From Polyangiaceae bacterium (GTDB taxonomy: Bacteria; Myxococcota_A; Polyangia; Polyangiales; Polyangiaceae), in the NCBI GenBank assembly GCA_050287085.1, contig JBNKBE010000009.1, forward strand, positions 96,001 to 160,000: 64,000 nucleotides of DNA, given 5' to 3'. Position numbers and translations under genes: made by a program. The notes below the pieces were generated by a model. That model made no database searches. It saw only the letters and a program-made list of their open reading frames with translations, and was not told the origin of the DNA. This document shows positions 10,154 to 19,633 of this stretch, piece after piece (within the stretch, counting starts at the first letter, position 1; the number at the start of each line of letters is the position of its first letter).

Positions 10154-10684
10154 GCGACTTGGGGGAAAATGCGCCCGACTCGGCGAATGATCAGAAGGGG
10201 AACCCACCGCGGCAGACCGCCCGGCGCTGGATGCTGGCGTCGCCGAGCGGAGTCTTGGCCTCGGCTTTGGGGGTCGTGCTCTTAGCACGGTCGCAGGCTC
10301 GTGCGGAACCACGGTACCGCGAAGCACTGCTGGCTTGGGGGTCGACCCCAGAACGGGCCCCGCTGGCTTGCGGGTCGGACGCGGCGCGGAAGAGCGCGAA
10401 ACGCGTCTGCTCTGGGGCGAGGCGACGTCAACTTGTCTTGAATATTTCGACTCTTGCCCTGAAGCCAACAGGCCCATAGCCAGCGCCGAGACCAGGGCAA
10501 GCGGGGGTTCGACGAGACGGTCGGGCTGCTCACGCTGCTGCCCCTCGCGGTTGCGGTCGCACAATCGCTGGATTCATGAGAGATTCCGCGCGCCCGTGGC
10601 CTGATGGGCCCAATAGTCCCGGTGAGCGGTGTCCTGCGGAAGACAGCGTCGGACAAAAGCCACGCCGGAAGGAATAGGTGATTG

Positions 10685-11542
10685 ATGATGAACCGTGTCT
10701 TGCTGCTCACTCTGGTGTTTTTGTTGGGGCTCACGTGGAGCTGCGGCCACTCCGAGGACGAATGGCAAGCGCAGTTGGCTCGCTACGCGGACCTTGAAGG
10801 GCAGCACGCAAGCGAACGACGCGAGCACGCGAAGACGGCAGACGAGCTCGAACTTGCCCGAAAGGTGGTAGTCGAGCTCAAGGCCCAGCTCGAGCGGATG
10901 GGAGTCAATGTCGACGAGTTGAACCGCCAGCTGCAAGAAGAAGGAACAGCCAAGGACCAAATGGCGGCTGATCTGGCGGAGATGCGCCTCGCTCTCGACG
11001 AGTACAAGAAGCGCGCCACCAAACTGGAACGCATCCGGCAACGCTTCGAGGTGCTGCGCGAAAAGCTGCAGAAGCTGACGCGCTTGGGGTTGAAAGTTGA
11101 AATACGTCACAACCGGATGGTTATCTCCCTGCCCGGAGACGTGTTGTTTGCCAGCGGCCAAGACGAGCTGCGCCAAGAGGGTATCGCCGTGCTTGCAAGC
11201 GTGGCGGAAGTCATCCGCGGCGATGAGCAACTGAGCCAACGCTACTTCCAGGTAGCGGGCCATACGGACAACAAGCCACTACGGGCGGGAACCCGCTTCC
11301 GAGACAATTGGGGGCTGTCTGCGATGCGCGGGCGCCAAGTGCTCGTCTACCTCATCTCAGCGGTCGATGAGCAAGCCGGTGGTGGGGGGCTGTCGGCAAC
11401 GCGGCTGCACGCCGCTGGCTACGGCGATACCGACCCCATTGCCACAAACGAGACCGCCGAAGGGCGACAGGCCAACCGCCGCGTCGAACTCGTACTGATG
11501 CCCGACGTCAGCGAAATGTTGGACTTGAAGTCCCTGATCTGA
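10685..11542 (+). CDS. OmpA/MotB-family peptidoglycan-binding lipoprotein with a coiled coil
   Basis: Lipobox-like LTWSC, long heptad region, then LPGDVLFASG, GHTD, NWGLSAMR, NRRVE. Confidence 0.88.
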   Translation: MMNRVLLLTLVFLLGLTWSCGHSEDEWQAQLARYADLEGQHASERREHAKTADELELARKVVVELKAQLERMGVNVDELNRQLQEEGTAKDQMAADLAEMRLALDEYKKRATKLERIRQRFEVLREKLQKLTRLGLKVEIRHNRMVISLPGDVLFASGQDELRQEGIAVLASVAEVIRGDEQLSQRYFQVAGHTDNKPLRAGTRFRDNWGLSAMRGRQVLVYLISAVDEQAGGGGLSATRLHAAGYGDTDPIATNETAEGRQANRRVELVLMPDVSEMLDLKSLI

Positions 11543-11594
11543 ACAACTGAGCTTGTGGTGTACATCCGGCTTGAGGCCCCCAATCAGCACGAGG

Positions 11595-11621
11595 TGAAAC
11601 CTCTCCTTGGGGCGGCACGTA
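11595..11621 (+). promoter_or_regulatory. Putative ECF-sigma (autoregulatory) promoter
   Basis: TGAAACC (11595-11601), a 16-nt spacer, then CGTA (11618-11621), 9 nt before the in-frame ATG 11631 of the ECF sigma gene. Confidence 0.6.
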
Positions 11622-11630
11622 GGCCTCCTG

Positions 11631-12284
11631 ATGCTCACCATCAGCTGGTCCGAAGAATGGCCCGCCACCACGCCGCTGTGGGGGCAGGCGCCGGCGGAGT
11701 CCGCGGCAGGCGCGGGTAGAGGCTTGGGCGTGAGCAAAGCGACTGCAGAAGCACTGATGCTGGCCTACGCGGAAGGTGACCTGGCCGCTTTCGATGGTCT
11801 GTACGCCCTGACGTCACCGAAGCTATTTGGATTTCTGCTGCACCTGACCAAGAACCGGGAACGCGCTGAAGACCTGCTCCAGGTTACCTACAGCAAGATT
11901 CATCGCGCCCGCGGCACATACCTTCCTGACGCTCCTTTCATGCCATGGGCGATCGCCATTGCGCGCCGCTCCTTTTATGACGAGATCCGGGCGCGCAAAG
12001 CTCGCAAGGAGGAGCTCAGCTACGATGGCGCCCTCCCGGAACCGCCCCCCGAAGATTCAGAGCCCAGCCCGGTGTCCGACGCCCTAGAAGAGGCCATGAG
12101 TCAGCTCCCTGAAAACTACCGAGAAGCCATCGTGCTGACCAAGCTGACAGGGCTTTCGCTACAAGAAGCCGCAGCCGTCACCGGCGCCACCACAACGGCG
12201 ATGAAGCTGCGCGTACACCGAGGTTATCAAGCGCTGCGCGAACTCCTCGCGGCCGCCCTGACCCCCAAGGAGTCCGGACAATGA
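11631..12284 (+). CDS. ECF sigma factor
   Basis: Region 2: GDLAAFDGLY, AEDLLQVTY, FMPWAIAIARR. Region 4: LPENYREAIVL..GLSLQEAA...MKLRVHRG. Confidence 0.93.
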   Translation: MLTISWSEEWPATTPLWGQAPAESAAGAGRGLGVSKATAEALMLAYAEGDLAAFDGLYALTSPKLFGFLLHLTKNRERAEDLLQVTYSKIHRARGTYLPDAPFMPWAIAIARRSFYDEIRARKARKEELSYDGALPEPPPEDSEPSPVSDALEEAMSQLPENYREAIVLTKLTGLSLQEAAAVTGATTTAMKLRVHRGYQALRELLAAALTPKESGQ

Positions 12285-12985
12285 ACGCTTCGGGTGACGT
12301 CGACTTGGATGCCGAATTGAGCAACGCGCGCCTCCCACTGCAGACGCCTCCTCCTCCCGTATTGGATGCCCGGATACGGGCTGCGATTGCCGCGGACTTG
12401 AAGCCAAAACACGTGTTGTCGCGGCCCACGCGGATCGCGCTGGGGTTTGGTGCGGCGCTGTCGGTCATGGTTGTTGTGTGGTTGTTTCGCGGCGGTCAAA
12501 CGCTGCCTGCGGGGCAATGGCTCGCTTTGGTCTTCTGGGCGTCGATCGTGCTTGCCGCTTTGCTGCTCGGGCTGCCGAGGCGCAACGCAGGTCAAGCGCA
12601 GGCGATCAGTCGTTGGGCCGTGCTTCTGGTGCCGCTTGGCTTCTTCACCTACCTAGCGACGGTCAGCACCGGCTTTGACTCGCTTGCGAATGTTCTCTTC
12701 GGCGGCGACGCCGTGCCTCACGCAGCGCGCTGCGGTGTCGGGTCGACGGCCCTTGGAACGTTGGCTGCAGCCACGTTATTTGTGTTGTGGCGCCGAACGG
12801 ATCCGTTCCATCCGGCCCTCACGGGGGCACTTGCCGGCGTGTTGGGCGGCGTAGCGGGCGCCATCGCCATTGGGCTGGTCTGCCCCGGGCAAGAGGGTTT
12901 TCACCTCTGGCTGGGTCACGGGCTCGTGTTGCTGCTGCTGGGTGCACTAGGCGCACTGCTCGGCCGCCGACTGCTCGCTCCGTAG
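12281..12985 (+). CDS. NrsF/DUF1109-like membrane anti-sigma factor
   Basis: ATGA-coupled to the sigma gene; about 6 TM helices; Cys in AARC and C-terminal LVCP....HLWLGH as in NrsF-like proteins. Confidence 0.78.
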   Translation: MNASGDVDLDAELSNARLPLQTPPPPVLDARIRAAIAADLKPKHVLSRPTRIALGFGAALSVMVVVWLFRGGQTLPAGQWLALVFWASIVLAALLLGLPRRNAGQAQAISRWAVLLVPLGFFTYLATVSTGFDSLANVLFGGDAVPHAARCGVGSTALGTLAAATLFVLWRRTDPFHPALTGALAGVLGGVAGAIAIGLVCPGQEGFHLWLGHGLVLLLLGALGALLGRRLLAP

Positions 12986-12989
12986 GCAA

Positions 12990-14429
12990 TCACCGAGTCG
13001 CCGCCTGATGAACACACCCCCTAAGCGGGAGCCGATCGGCGCGGCGAGCGAGCGCGCGTAGGGATTGGTCCGAGCGTGGAACGCGCCAGGAAAGGGCGCG
13101 GCTGGGTTCCACCTCGAGAGCAGCAGCCTGTTGAGCCATAAGCGCGGAACGTGCAGACTCGGACTGCAGTGTGGCGACCAGAACCACTCGCCGCCCCGAC
13201 TGCTCGAGAGTCCACGCACCACGCGGAGCGCTCTCTGCCCGGCTTAACTCAACGAAACGGGCGGCGGCTGCGTCGCTGCGGAAAGCAAGATGCCACACAA
13301 TGGCGACGTCCGTCGAATCGTCCGCACTGAGCAGTAGCACTCGATCACCACGCCAATCCAAAGCCAAGTCCGGCTCAGTCTCTGGCTGCCCCAACGTGCG
13401 AACCAAAAAGGCGTGCAGCAGCCAAGCCCCTAAGACGTCATCGGCAACAACCGAAAAACCGTCCAGCGCCACCTCCGGAACGGCGATACGACCGTGGCTC
13501 GAAACCGCGTCTGCCCCATGGCGCCGGGCCATGTAGAGCTGCGTTGCAGGGGCGGGTCCGCTCCAAAACTCGTCAATCTCAGCTATCCCACCTTCGTCCC
13601 ATAGCTGTGCGAGAGCGAATCCCCCGTAAAGGTAGGGGAAGACGAAGTTGGAAGTCCAAACCGGTGAAGGCAAAGTCCGCAGACTGGAGTCCGCGTAGGC
13701 CGTCTGCTCCTCAAACTGCGACGCCCAACGGTGGTGATCGACTCCATTGATGGCGGCCGTGTGCATGGCTTCAAAGAGCATCGCCTCCCCCTCGATCAAA
13801 GAAGTGATGCCCAACGAGGCGTCCTGCCCGCGCCCTTTTTCACGACGCGTCTCCTGCAAATCGTGCGTCTCGTCTTGGATCGCGTGTACATACTCGTGAG
13901 CGAGCGTTGCAACCGCCAACTCCGAAGCGAAGTCATACTCCGGGCGCTCGACTATCACGATGCTCTTGGTATCGCTGGAATAGAATCCCAAGAGCCCGTC
14001 GATGAAGAGCTCTTTTTCATCCTGCATCAGAGGTGGCGAAGGTTCAGGCTCCCCTTCCGGATCGGGCTCTGCCCAATCGACCATGCCGATCAAGCTAAGA
14101 GCTCCCGCGACCCGCTCGAGTCTCTGCTCCGCGGGCGTTGGCTCATCACGGGTCTCGTCTTGCGAGGGTACGTCGAAGTACTCCGCAACCGCCGGCAGAG
14201 CCAAGCCCATGACATCCGGGCCTCGACTTTGCCCAGCCCCTGCCCGCAGACAACGCACTTCGTCGTAGATCGAGGATTGGCACTCAGGCTCGCGGATGTC
14301 ACAGAGCGCAAAGGCTAGGTCCTCACAGACAAGGGAGTTGTCAACTCCGTTACACCCCCACGCCGCGAGCGCGACGCAATACGATATCCGCCGCACAAGG
14401 CGAGCTCCAGGTCGTGGCCCAATACCCAT
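12990..14429 (-). CDS. Putative zinc-metallopeptidase lipoprotein
   Basis: Lipobox-like AAWGC, GFYS, TLAHEYVHAIQD with a downstream LIEGEA (gluzincin-like third ligand), FPYLYG. Confidence 0.72.
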   Translation of the reverse strand: MGIGPRPGARLVRRISYCVALAAWGCNGVDNSLVCEDLAFALCDIREPECQSSIYDEVRCLRAGAGQSRGPDVMGLALPAVAEYFDVPSQDETRDEPTPAEQRLERVAGALSLIGMVDWAEPDPEGEPEPSPPLMQDEKELFIDGLLGFYSSDTKSIVIVERPEYDFASELAVATLAHEYVHAIQDETHDLQETRREKGRGQDASLGITSLIEGEAMLFEAMHTAAINGVDHHRWASQFEEQTAYADSSLRTLPSPVWTSNFVFPYLYGGFALAQLWDEGGIAEIDEFWSGPAPATQLYMARRHGADAVSSHGRIAVPEVALDGFSVVADDVLGAWLLHAFLVRTLGQPETEPDLALDWRGDRVLLLSADDSTDVAIVWHLAFRSDAAAARFVELSRAESAPRGAWTLEQSGRRVVLVATLQSESARSALMAQQAAALEVEPSRALSWRVPRSDQSLRALARRADRLPLRGCVHQAATR

Positions 14430-14575
14430 GGGCCTAGCCTAGATGAGAGTGAGACGATCTCGAACGCCCATTTGCCTCAACGCACACACTCCGGCAACTG
14501 GAACACGCTCCGCGACCCCGGTGGAACGTCCCACCGCAGCTGTGCGGCGCTCCCGGCAGCTCAAACTGTTCTGCC

Positions 14576-15349
14576 TCAACCTGTTTCGCGCCAGCCACAC
14601 CCGATCCTGACGCGGGGCGCGAAACCACTATCGCGCGAAGCGGGCGCTTCGCTGCCTTGCGAACTCGCCACTGCCGCCTCGGCTCGTACAGCGTCGGAGC
14701 GCGCAGGACCACCCACGTTGCCCACGGGGACCTCGATGGCCGGCTCTCCCGCTCCCGCCTCCGAGAGCATGAGGCGAACGCCCCTGAGGCGCAAACGAGA
14801 CGCCACCGTACCCGCGGCTTTGATAGCCAGGTGCCGCTGGGCGTAGCGACTGACCCAGATAACCTCTGTAATGGATCGTCCGGAACGCTGCATGCGCTCG
14901 CTCAGTCGCTCGGCCAAGGCGTCCAATGTCTCGTCCACACGACAAGCCAACACCAGCGTGTCCAAGCCCCCGGCGAGCTCCCGAGCCAATTGCCCCGGCC
15001 ATTGGCTTCCCGGCATGACAACAACGACCTTGGCGCGGTTGGGTGATTGGCGCTCGCGAATCTTCCGGGCCCCGGGCCGCTTGAGCTCTCCAACAAGGGG
15101 GGCGCCCCGCAAGGTACGCGGCGAACCAGCAATGGCCTCGATGACACGGGCCGCGGCGGGCCCGTTGCGCCTTGGCTCCCGGCTTGCGAGCGGTTGCGGC
15201 GCGTCCATTCGCAGACGGAATGCGCTTTCTTCATCTAGAAGCATCGACGCGTCGTCAAACGATGCCACATCCATGTCAGACGGCGCTTCCAACTCCGCCC
15301 ACTCCGAATCTGCTCTATCGGTCACGGCTTGGGTTCCCCTCGAAGGCAT
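14576..15349 (-). CDS. Hypothetical protein
   Basis: 257-aa ORF with a central alpha/beta-like segment; no motif recognised. Confidence 0.45.
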   Translation of the reverse strand: MPSRGTQAVTDRADSEWAELEAPSDMDVASFDDASMLLDEESAFRLRMDAPQPLASREPRRNGPAAARVIEAIAGSPRTLRGAPLVGELKRPGARKIRERQSPNRAKVVVVMPGSQWPGQLARELAGGLDTLVLACRVDETLDALAERLSERMQRSGRSITEVIWVSRYAQRHLAIKAAGTVASRLRLRGVRLMLSEAGAGEPAIEVPVGNVGGPARSDAVRAEAAVASSQGSEAPASRDSGFAPRVRIGCGWRETG

Positions 15350-15410
15350 GAGTTTGGTCTGAACGCGATGGCATGGACGATGCTACAACCGAAGCGAGTG
15401 TGGCCCTGAT

Positions 15411-15485
15411 GGCTGAGGACAAGCTGACGGCTGAGGACAAGCTGACGGCTGAGGACAAGCTGACGGCTGAGGACAAGCTGACGGC
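15411..15485. repeat. 18-bp tandem repeat, 4 copies (GGCTGAGGACAAGCTGAC)
   Basis: Four exact copies at 15411-15482 plus a partial copy, read directly. Confidence 0.97.
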
Positions 15486-16067
15486 CCTGGACACCGCGGG
15501 GCGTCGACAAAGCCGTTGGCGGTCGTGGATACTTCTGGCCACTGGCTGCATCACCAAACCCTCCGCTTATCGGATCTATTCCGGGTTTTCTTTAGGTTGC
15601 TCGGCTCTATTCGCCGACTCGCTGACCTTTCTATATGACAGCCGCGCGGCCGATAAGAGCCCCAGCAAGGTTGTTGCGAACTTGCCACACGACCGTACCC
15701 CAGCGACCGTGACCACACCCATTCGAACCCTTCATCCACCTCCAACCCCCTCTTCCCTATCGCCTCGTGAGCAGATTCACGGCCGTGCATCCCCGGACGT
15801 CTGCCCGCCTCTGCTTCGCGCCAGCCTGGACGGCTGAAGCCCGCGGTCGTCCCCCGGATCCCCTCTCGAAGGAGAGCCTAGTTTGCATCCTCCAACCGCG
15901 CGCACAAGAGTCCAAAATGCAGGCCAACGTGATTTTCGAAGATGTGGCTACGAGCTTTCAACATTCAGCCATCACCGCATCTCCAGCAAAGCGTTCTTTT
16001 TGCAAGCACGGGCTCCAGCACCACTATGAATCGGATGACACTTTCTCCGGGTTACCTACATTTGTGC

Positions 16068-16772
16068 ATGGCTACCCGAGTACCGACGATCAGGCTGGTC
16101 ACGGCGCTGACGCTGGTGCTCGGCGGATGCCGGACTGAATCAAGCGATACGAAAGCGAGCGACGGCGGAGTCCAAACGCGCATTCCTTTCGACGCTGCGA
16201 CGGATAGCGGCCCCATCGATCGCCGCCCTGATGCCACCGCCCAGGACGCGGGGGCCAGAAGTGGCGAGGCAGACGCGAGCGGGCAAGCAGCATCCCCCGC
16301 TACCCGCCCTATGCTGCCTGCCGACTACACCTTGCCCAGCGCCACCGGCACCCTGGCGATCGAAATCGGCCTACCCGATAGCGAGGAACTCGACTTCGTC
16401 GCTTCGCCCCCCGGAAGCCACATCCCGATCGCGGGCTTAGGTCAAGCCGGTTTGACCGCACGCATAGCGCTTCGAATCGGAAGCGACGAACCCCTGCCCC
16501 CGGCTCGTATCCAAGTGCAGCTCACGAATCTAAACGACTTGGAGCGACGCCCCGGAATCAACAACAACGCCGAGCTCCTCCAGACGCTCGACTGTCGTAA
16601 CGACGGCTACTGTTATCCCGTGATCCAGCGGGTGGAGGTAAGCCATCTCAACTACTTGCCCGCGTTGGAAGGCACCGTGGTCGAAGTGTCCGTCACCGCC
16701 ACGTTGGACGGCGAAACAGAGCCTTCGGGCGCCAGTTTCAGCTGGGGCTACCTGGAAAGTGTCGATCGCTAG
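16068..16772 (+). CDS. Hypothetical lipoprotein
   Basis: MATRVPTIRLVTALTLVLGGC lipobox, low-complexity linker, beta-rich C-terminal domain. Confidence 0.7.
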   Translation: MATRVPTIRLVTALTLVLGGCRTESSDTKASDGGVQTRIPFDAATDSGPIDRRPDATAQDAGARSGEADASGQAASPATRPMLPADYTLPSATGTLAIEIGLPDSEELDFVASPPGSHIPIAGLGQAGLTARIALRIGSDEPLPPARIQVQLTNLNDLERRPGINNNAELLQTLDCRNDGYCYPVIQRVEVSHLNYLPALEGTVVEVSVTATLDGETEPSGASFSWGYLESVDR

Positions 16773-16788
16773 ATACCAGTGCTGACGT

Positions 16789-18180
16789 TCAATGCCAGAA
16801 ACCGATCCCAGCAGCCGTGTTGATATATCCGTAGGCGCGGTCCAGGGCGAGAGAACAGCGCCATCCAGTTCCGGATTCGAGCCAGCCAAAAGCGTCCCAC
16901 TGAAAGAGCTTGATGTCGGCCCCCCACGTAGCGTGCAGCCGCGGCGTTCGCTCCTGTCGCACTGCGGGTTCCAGATAGGCTCCCGTGCGCACACGAAGCC
17001 AGTCGGGCCAAAGCTCGCTCTCCATCGCGACGTGGGGTGAGAGCGCGGGCCGCGACGCGATCTCGGGCTCCCCTTGCGCCGGTCTGCTGGCGCCAGGGAG
17101 TCCCCCGCCATGAAGCGGTCCAATCAAGCGTAGCTCCGCCGAGAAGAGAACATATCGCCGCGGCATCGTGCGCAAACGGGTTAACAATATACGCCTCGCT
17201 TCGGCCTTCGCCGCGAGCCAGAGCGCCTCGTCTCGCAGGGACTGGGCCCGCAGTTGAGCACGCTGGTGGGAGGAGAGGCTCGCCGAGCGTTCCAACGCGC
17301 TTTGGCGTGCAAGAGCGCGCTGCTGTAGTTCGCTCCGCAGGGGCGCCAGGTAGTCTTCGACAGTCTGAGACCGGTGATTGAGGGGACGCGCGCCCGACTG
17401 GAAAGCGGCCCCCAAAGCCAACTCCCAAGGCAGCCTCAGCTGCTCGGAAAGCCACGGCTCATCGCGTTCGTAGGGCCTTTTGCGTTGCAGTTCACTACGG
17501 CCGACAAACGCGAAACGCAGGTTGCGACCGCGAGGTGCCCACAGCGCACCGAGTTCGTATCCCAACGTTGTAACGCTCGCTCGCGACGCGTTGCTGGGGC
17601 CGAAAGATACACCCCCGAGCCGAGGTCCACCCGCCAGAACTAGTTGTCCCTGCGCAAATCCGAAGCCAACCGCGGCATGGATCACCCCAAACCGGCCCGT
17701 GAAGGAAGTCGGTTCAAGCCCCGCATCAGGGGCGCCTTCGCGCAGCGCCTGCTGGTGCCCCTCGGCGACGAACCCGACGCCAGCGTGATCAAACTGTAGC
17801 GCCGCGGCGACGCTGCCCAAGCGCAAGGGGCTTTGCTTGAGAGCAGCTCCAGAACGGATGCCTTGCGCCGCGCCGAGGGAGGCATCAACCCCCACGTCCC
17901 AGCCCACGCTTTCTATGTCATGAGCCAAGCGAAGCGCCGCGGCCGCAGGGTTGGCCGCGATCCCGCGAGCCCCTTGCACCAAAGCCGAATAAGCGCCGCC
18001 AAGCCCGATTTGCCGGGCGTCGCCTACCACCGCCCCGCGGAAGTTGTCGTCAGCCGCCAGCACGCTCCCCGCGCGCGTCAGCCCAATACCCAGCGCGAGC
18101 CAGGCTAGCGTGGTACAAGCCGGCCGACGCGAGCGGACGATAGCGCCGCGATAACGGGTCCCCAATTCGACGCTGGACAC
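16789..18180 (-). CDS. Outer-membrane beta-barrel-like protein (FadL/PorV-like N-terminus)
   Basis: Signal peptide; ARQIGLGGAYSAL....IAANPAA hatch-like motif; amphipathic strands; C-terminal GIGFWH. Confidence 0.6.
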   Translation of the reverse strand: MSSVELGTRYRGAIVRSRRPACTTLAWLALGIGLTRAGSVLAADDNFRGAVVGDARQIGLGGAYSALVQGARGIAANPAAAALRLAHDIESVGWDVGVDASLGAAQGIRSGAALKQSPLRLGSVAAALQFDHAGVGFVAEGHQQALREGAPDAGLEPTSFTGRFGVIHAAVGFGFAQGQLVLAGGPRLGGVSFGPSNASRASVTTLGYELGALWAPRGRNLRFAFVGRSELQRKRPYERDEPWLSEQLRLPWELALGAAFQSGARPLNHRSQTVEDYLAPLRSELQQRALARQSALERSASLSSHQRAQLRAQSLRDEALWLAAKAEARRILLTRLRTMPRRYVLFSAELRLIGPLHGGGLPGASRPAQGEPEIASRPALSPHVAMESELWPDWLRVRTGAYLEPAVRQERTPRLHATWGADIKLFQWDAFGWLESGTGWRCSLALDRAYGYINTAAGIGFWH

Positions 18181-18223
18181 GCGTCGGGCTATAGGGGAGA
18201 CCGGCGAAGGGCGGCAAATCTAG

Positions 18224-19369
18224 ATGACAGCAGGGCGGCCATTCGGAGTTCGAAACTCGGCGCACCTGGCCCGCTCATGGCAGCGGAGTCACAACACGAC
18301 GCGGCCCCGGCGGCTCGCGTCGTGCTGGGTGCTTGGCGGCGGACTCGGATTGGCCTTGAGCGCTACACTTGCATGCCACGAACGGGCTTTGCCATCGCGA
18401 AGAGCGGCTTCGGCAAGCCGCTCTTCGCACGTCACGAGCTGTTTGGAGGTTCTTGCTCAGCACCCCTCGTCCCCTCCAGAGACACCCCACCCGCAGCCTA
18501 CCCCCCACGCAGCACCGGAGCTGAAACTGGCGCGTGGCTTCATCGTCGACTCCAACGAGCGCAACGTGCAGCTCTCGGGTCTAACCTGGTACCAGGGTGA
18601 GCTGCTGACGGTCAGCGACAAACACGATGACCAGATCTGGGCGTTGCGCTGCCAATACGACCGTGCGTTGCTGGTTCCGTGGCGTCGATTCGAGCCACCC
18701 CCAAGCGACCGACTCCTGACAGGCGTTATCGGACTCGATCTGGAAGGCATCGCGGCGGACGCCCAAGGGACCCTATGGTTGGCAAGCGAAGCCGAAGGTC
18801 GCGTGCTCCGGCTTGACCGAAGGGGGCGTGCAGCCTGGTTCGGCCCCCCCCTCGCGAAGCTCGTAGCGGGACTGGATCTGCTTCAGCGGCCCAATGCCGG
18901 CGTGGAGGGAATTGTCGCTCTCGGTTCGGGTCGAATGCTGCTCGCTGCTGAACGACAAGGGCGAGGTCTGGTGGAAGTCTCCGCCACCAGCGCGCGGGGT
19001 CTGCGCCTCGCGCCCTCCATTGCGCCCCCTCACGGACGGAGCGCCGATCTGACGGGTCTAGCCGTGGACGGCAACCGGGTACTGGGACTGTACCGTGCCG
19101 CTCACGCCATAGTGGAACTGATGGATCTGGAGACGGAGGCGCCGTGGGAACGACTGGTCGCCACCTTTGCAACAAGCGAGCGCGCCTCGAGCTGGGCCTA
19201 TCGGGACCAGCGTTATGGTCTCGCCGAGGGGCTTGCACTCAGCGCCGACCACATTTGGATCGTCTTGGACAACAACGGCGATGGCCGCGTCGCGCACGAG
19301 CAAGACCGTCGCCCCACCCTCTTCGCTTTCGAGCGGCCTCCTCATCTGCGCGGCGCTGATGCCGAGTAG
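18224..19369 (+). CDS. Exported beta-propeller of the phytase-like esterase / SdiA-regulated type
   Basis: LSGL..., TVSD, DLEGIA, LASE, NAGVEGI, AEGL and IVLDNN repeats; lipobox-like TLAC. Confidence 0.65.
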   Translation: MTAGRPFGVRNSAHLARSWQRSHNTTRPRRLASCWVLGGGLGLALSATLACHERALPSRRAASASRSSHVTSCLEVLAQHPSSPPETPHPQPTPHAAPELKLARGFIVDSNERNVQLSGLTWYQGELLTVSDKHDDQIWALRCQYDRALLVPWRRFEPPPSDRLLTGVIGLDLEGIAADAQGTLWLASEAEGRVLRLDRRGRAAWFGPPLAKLVAGLDLLQRPNAGVEGIVALGSGRMLLAAERQGRGLVEVSATSARGLRLAPSIAPPHGRSADLTGLAVDGNRVLGLYRAAHAIVELMDLETEAPWERLVATFATSERASSWAYRDQRYGLAEGLALSADHIWIVLDNNGDGRVAHEQDRRPTLFAFERPPHLRGADAE

Positions 19370-19633
19370 CGGCTGGAGCAAGCAGCACACCATCCGGCCC
19401 CGTGCGCCAGCGCTCGTCGCCTAAGAGTCGCAATTTGCGCTGCACCGGTAGCGAGCCCTGAGTTGCGGTACACTGCAAACAGCATTATCGGTCGCAAACG
19501 CAGCGCCGATCTGGTGAGCACGGAGGCGAACACCTCGGCTTTGGCTTCGCCACACAAGCGCGATAATTAGGTGGCCGATGCGCCTGACAATGGCGTCTTT
19601 AGGGAGATGGCGTCACCCGTGTTTCCACTCATC

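Noticed and set aside
10154..10564. Long N-terminal extension on the ABC ATPase
   Set aside because: The low-complexity Pro/Arg/Ser sequence is more likely an open frame through the divergent promoter region, although it is not excluded.
10685..11542. Flagellar stator motB
   Set aside because: It has a lipoprotein signal rather than the MotB TM helix with its conserved Asp, and there are no motA or flagellar genes nearby.
15373..15837. 154-aa ORF containing (AEDKLT)4
   Set aside because: No recognisable domain and several competing frames; not called as a CDS.
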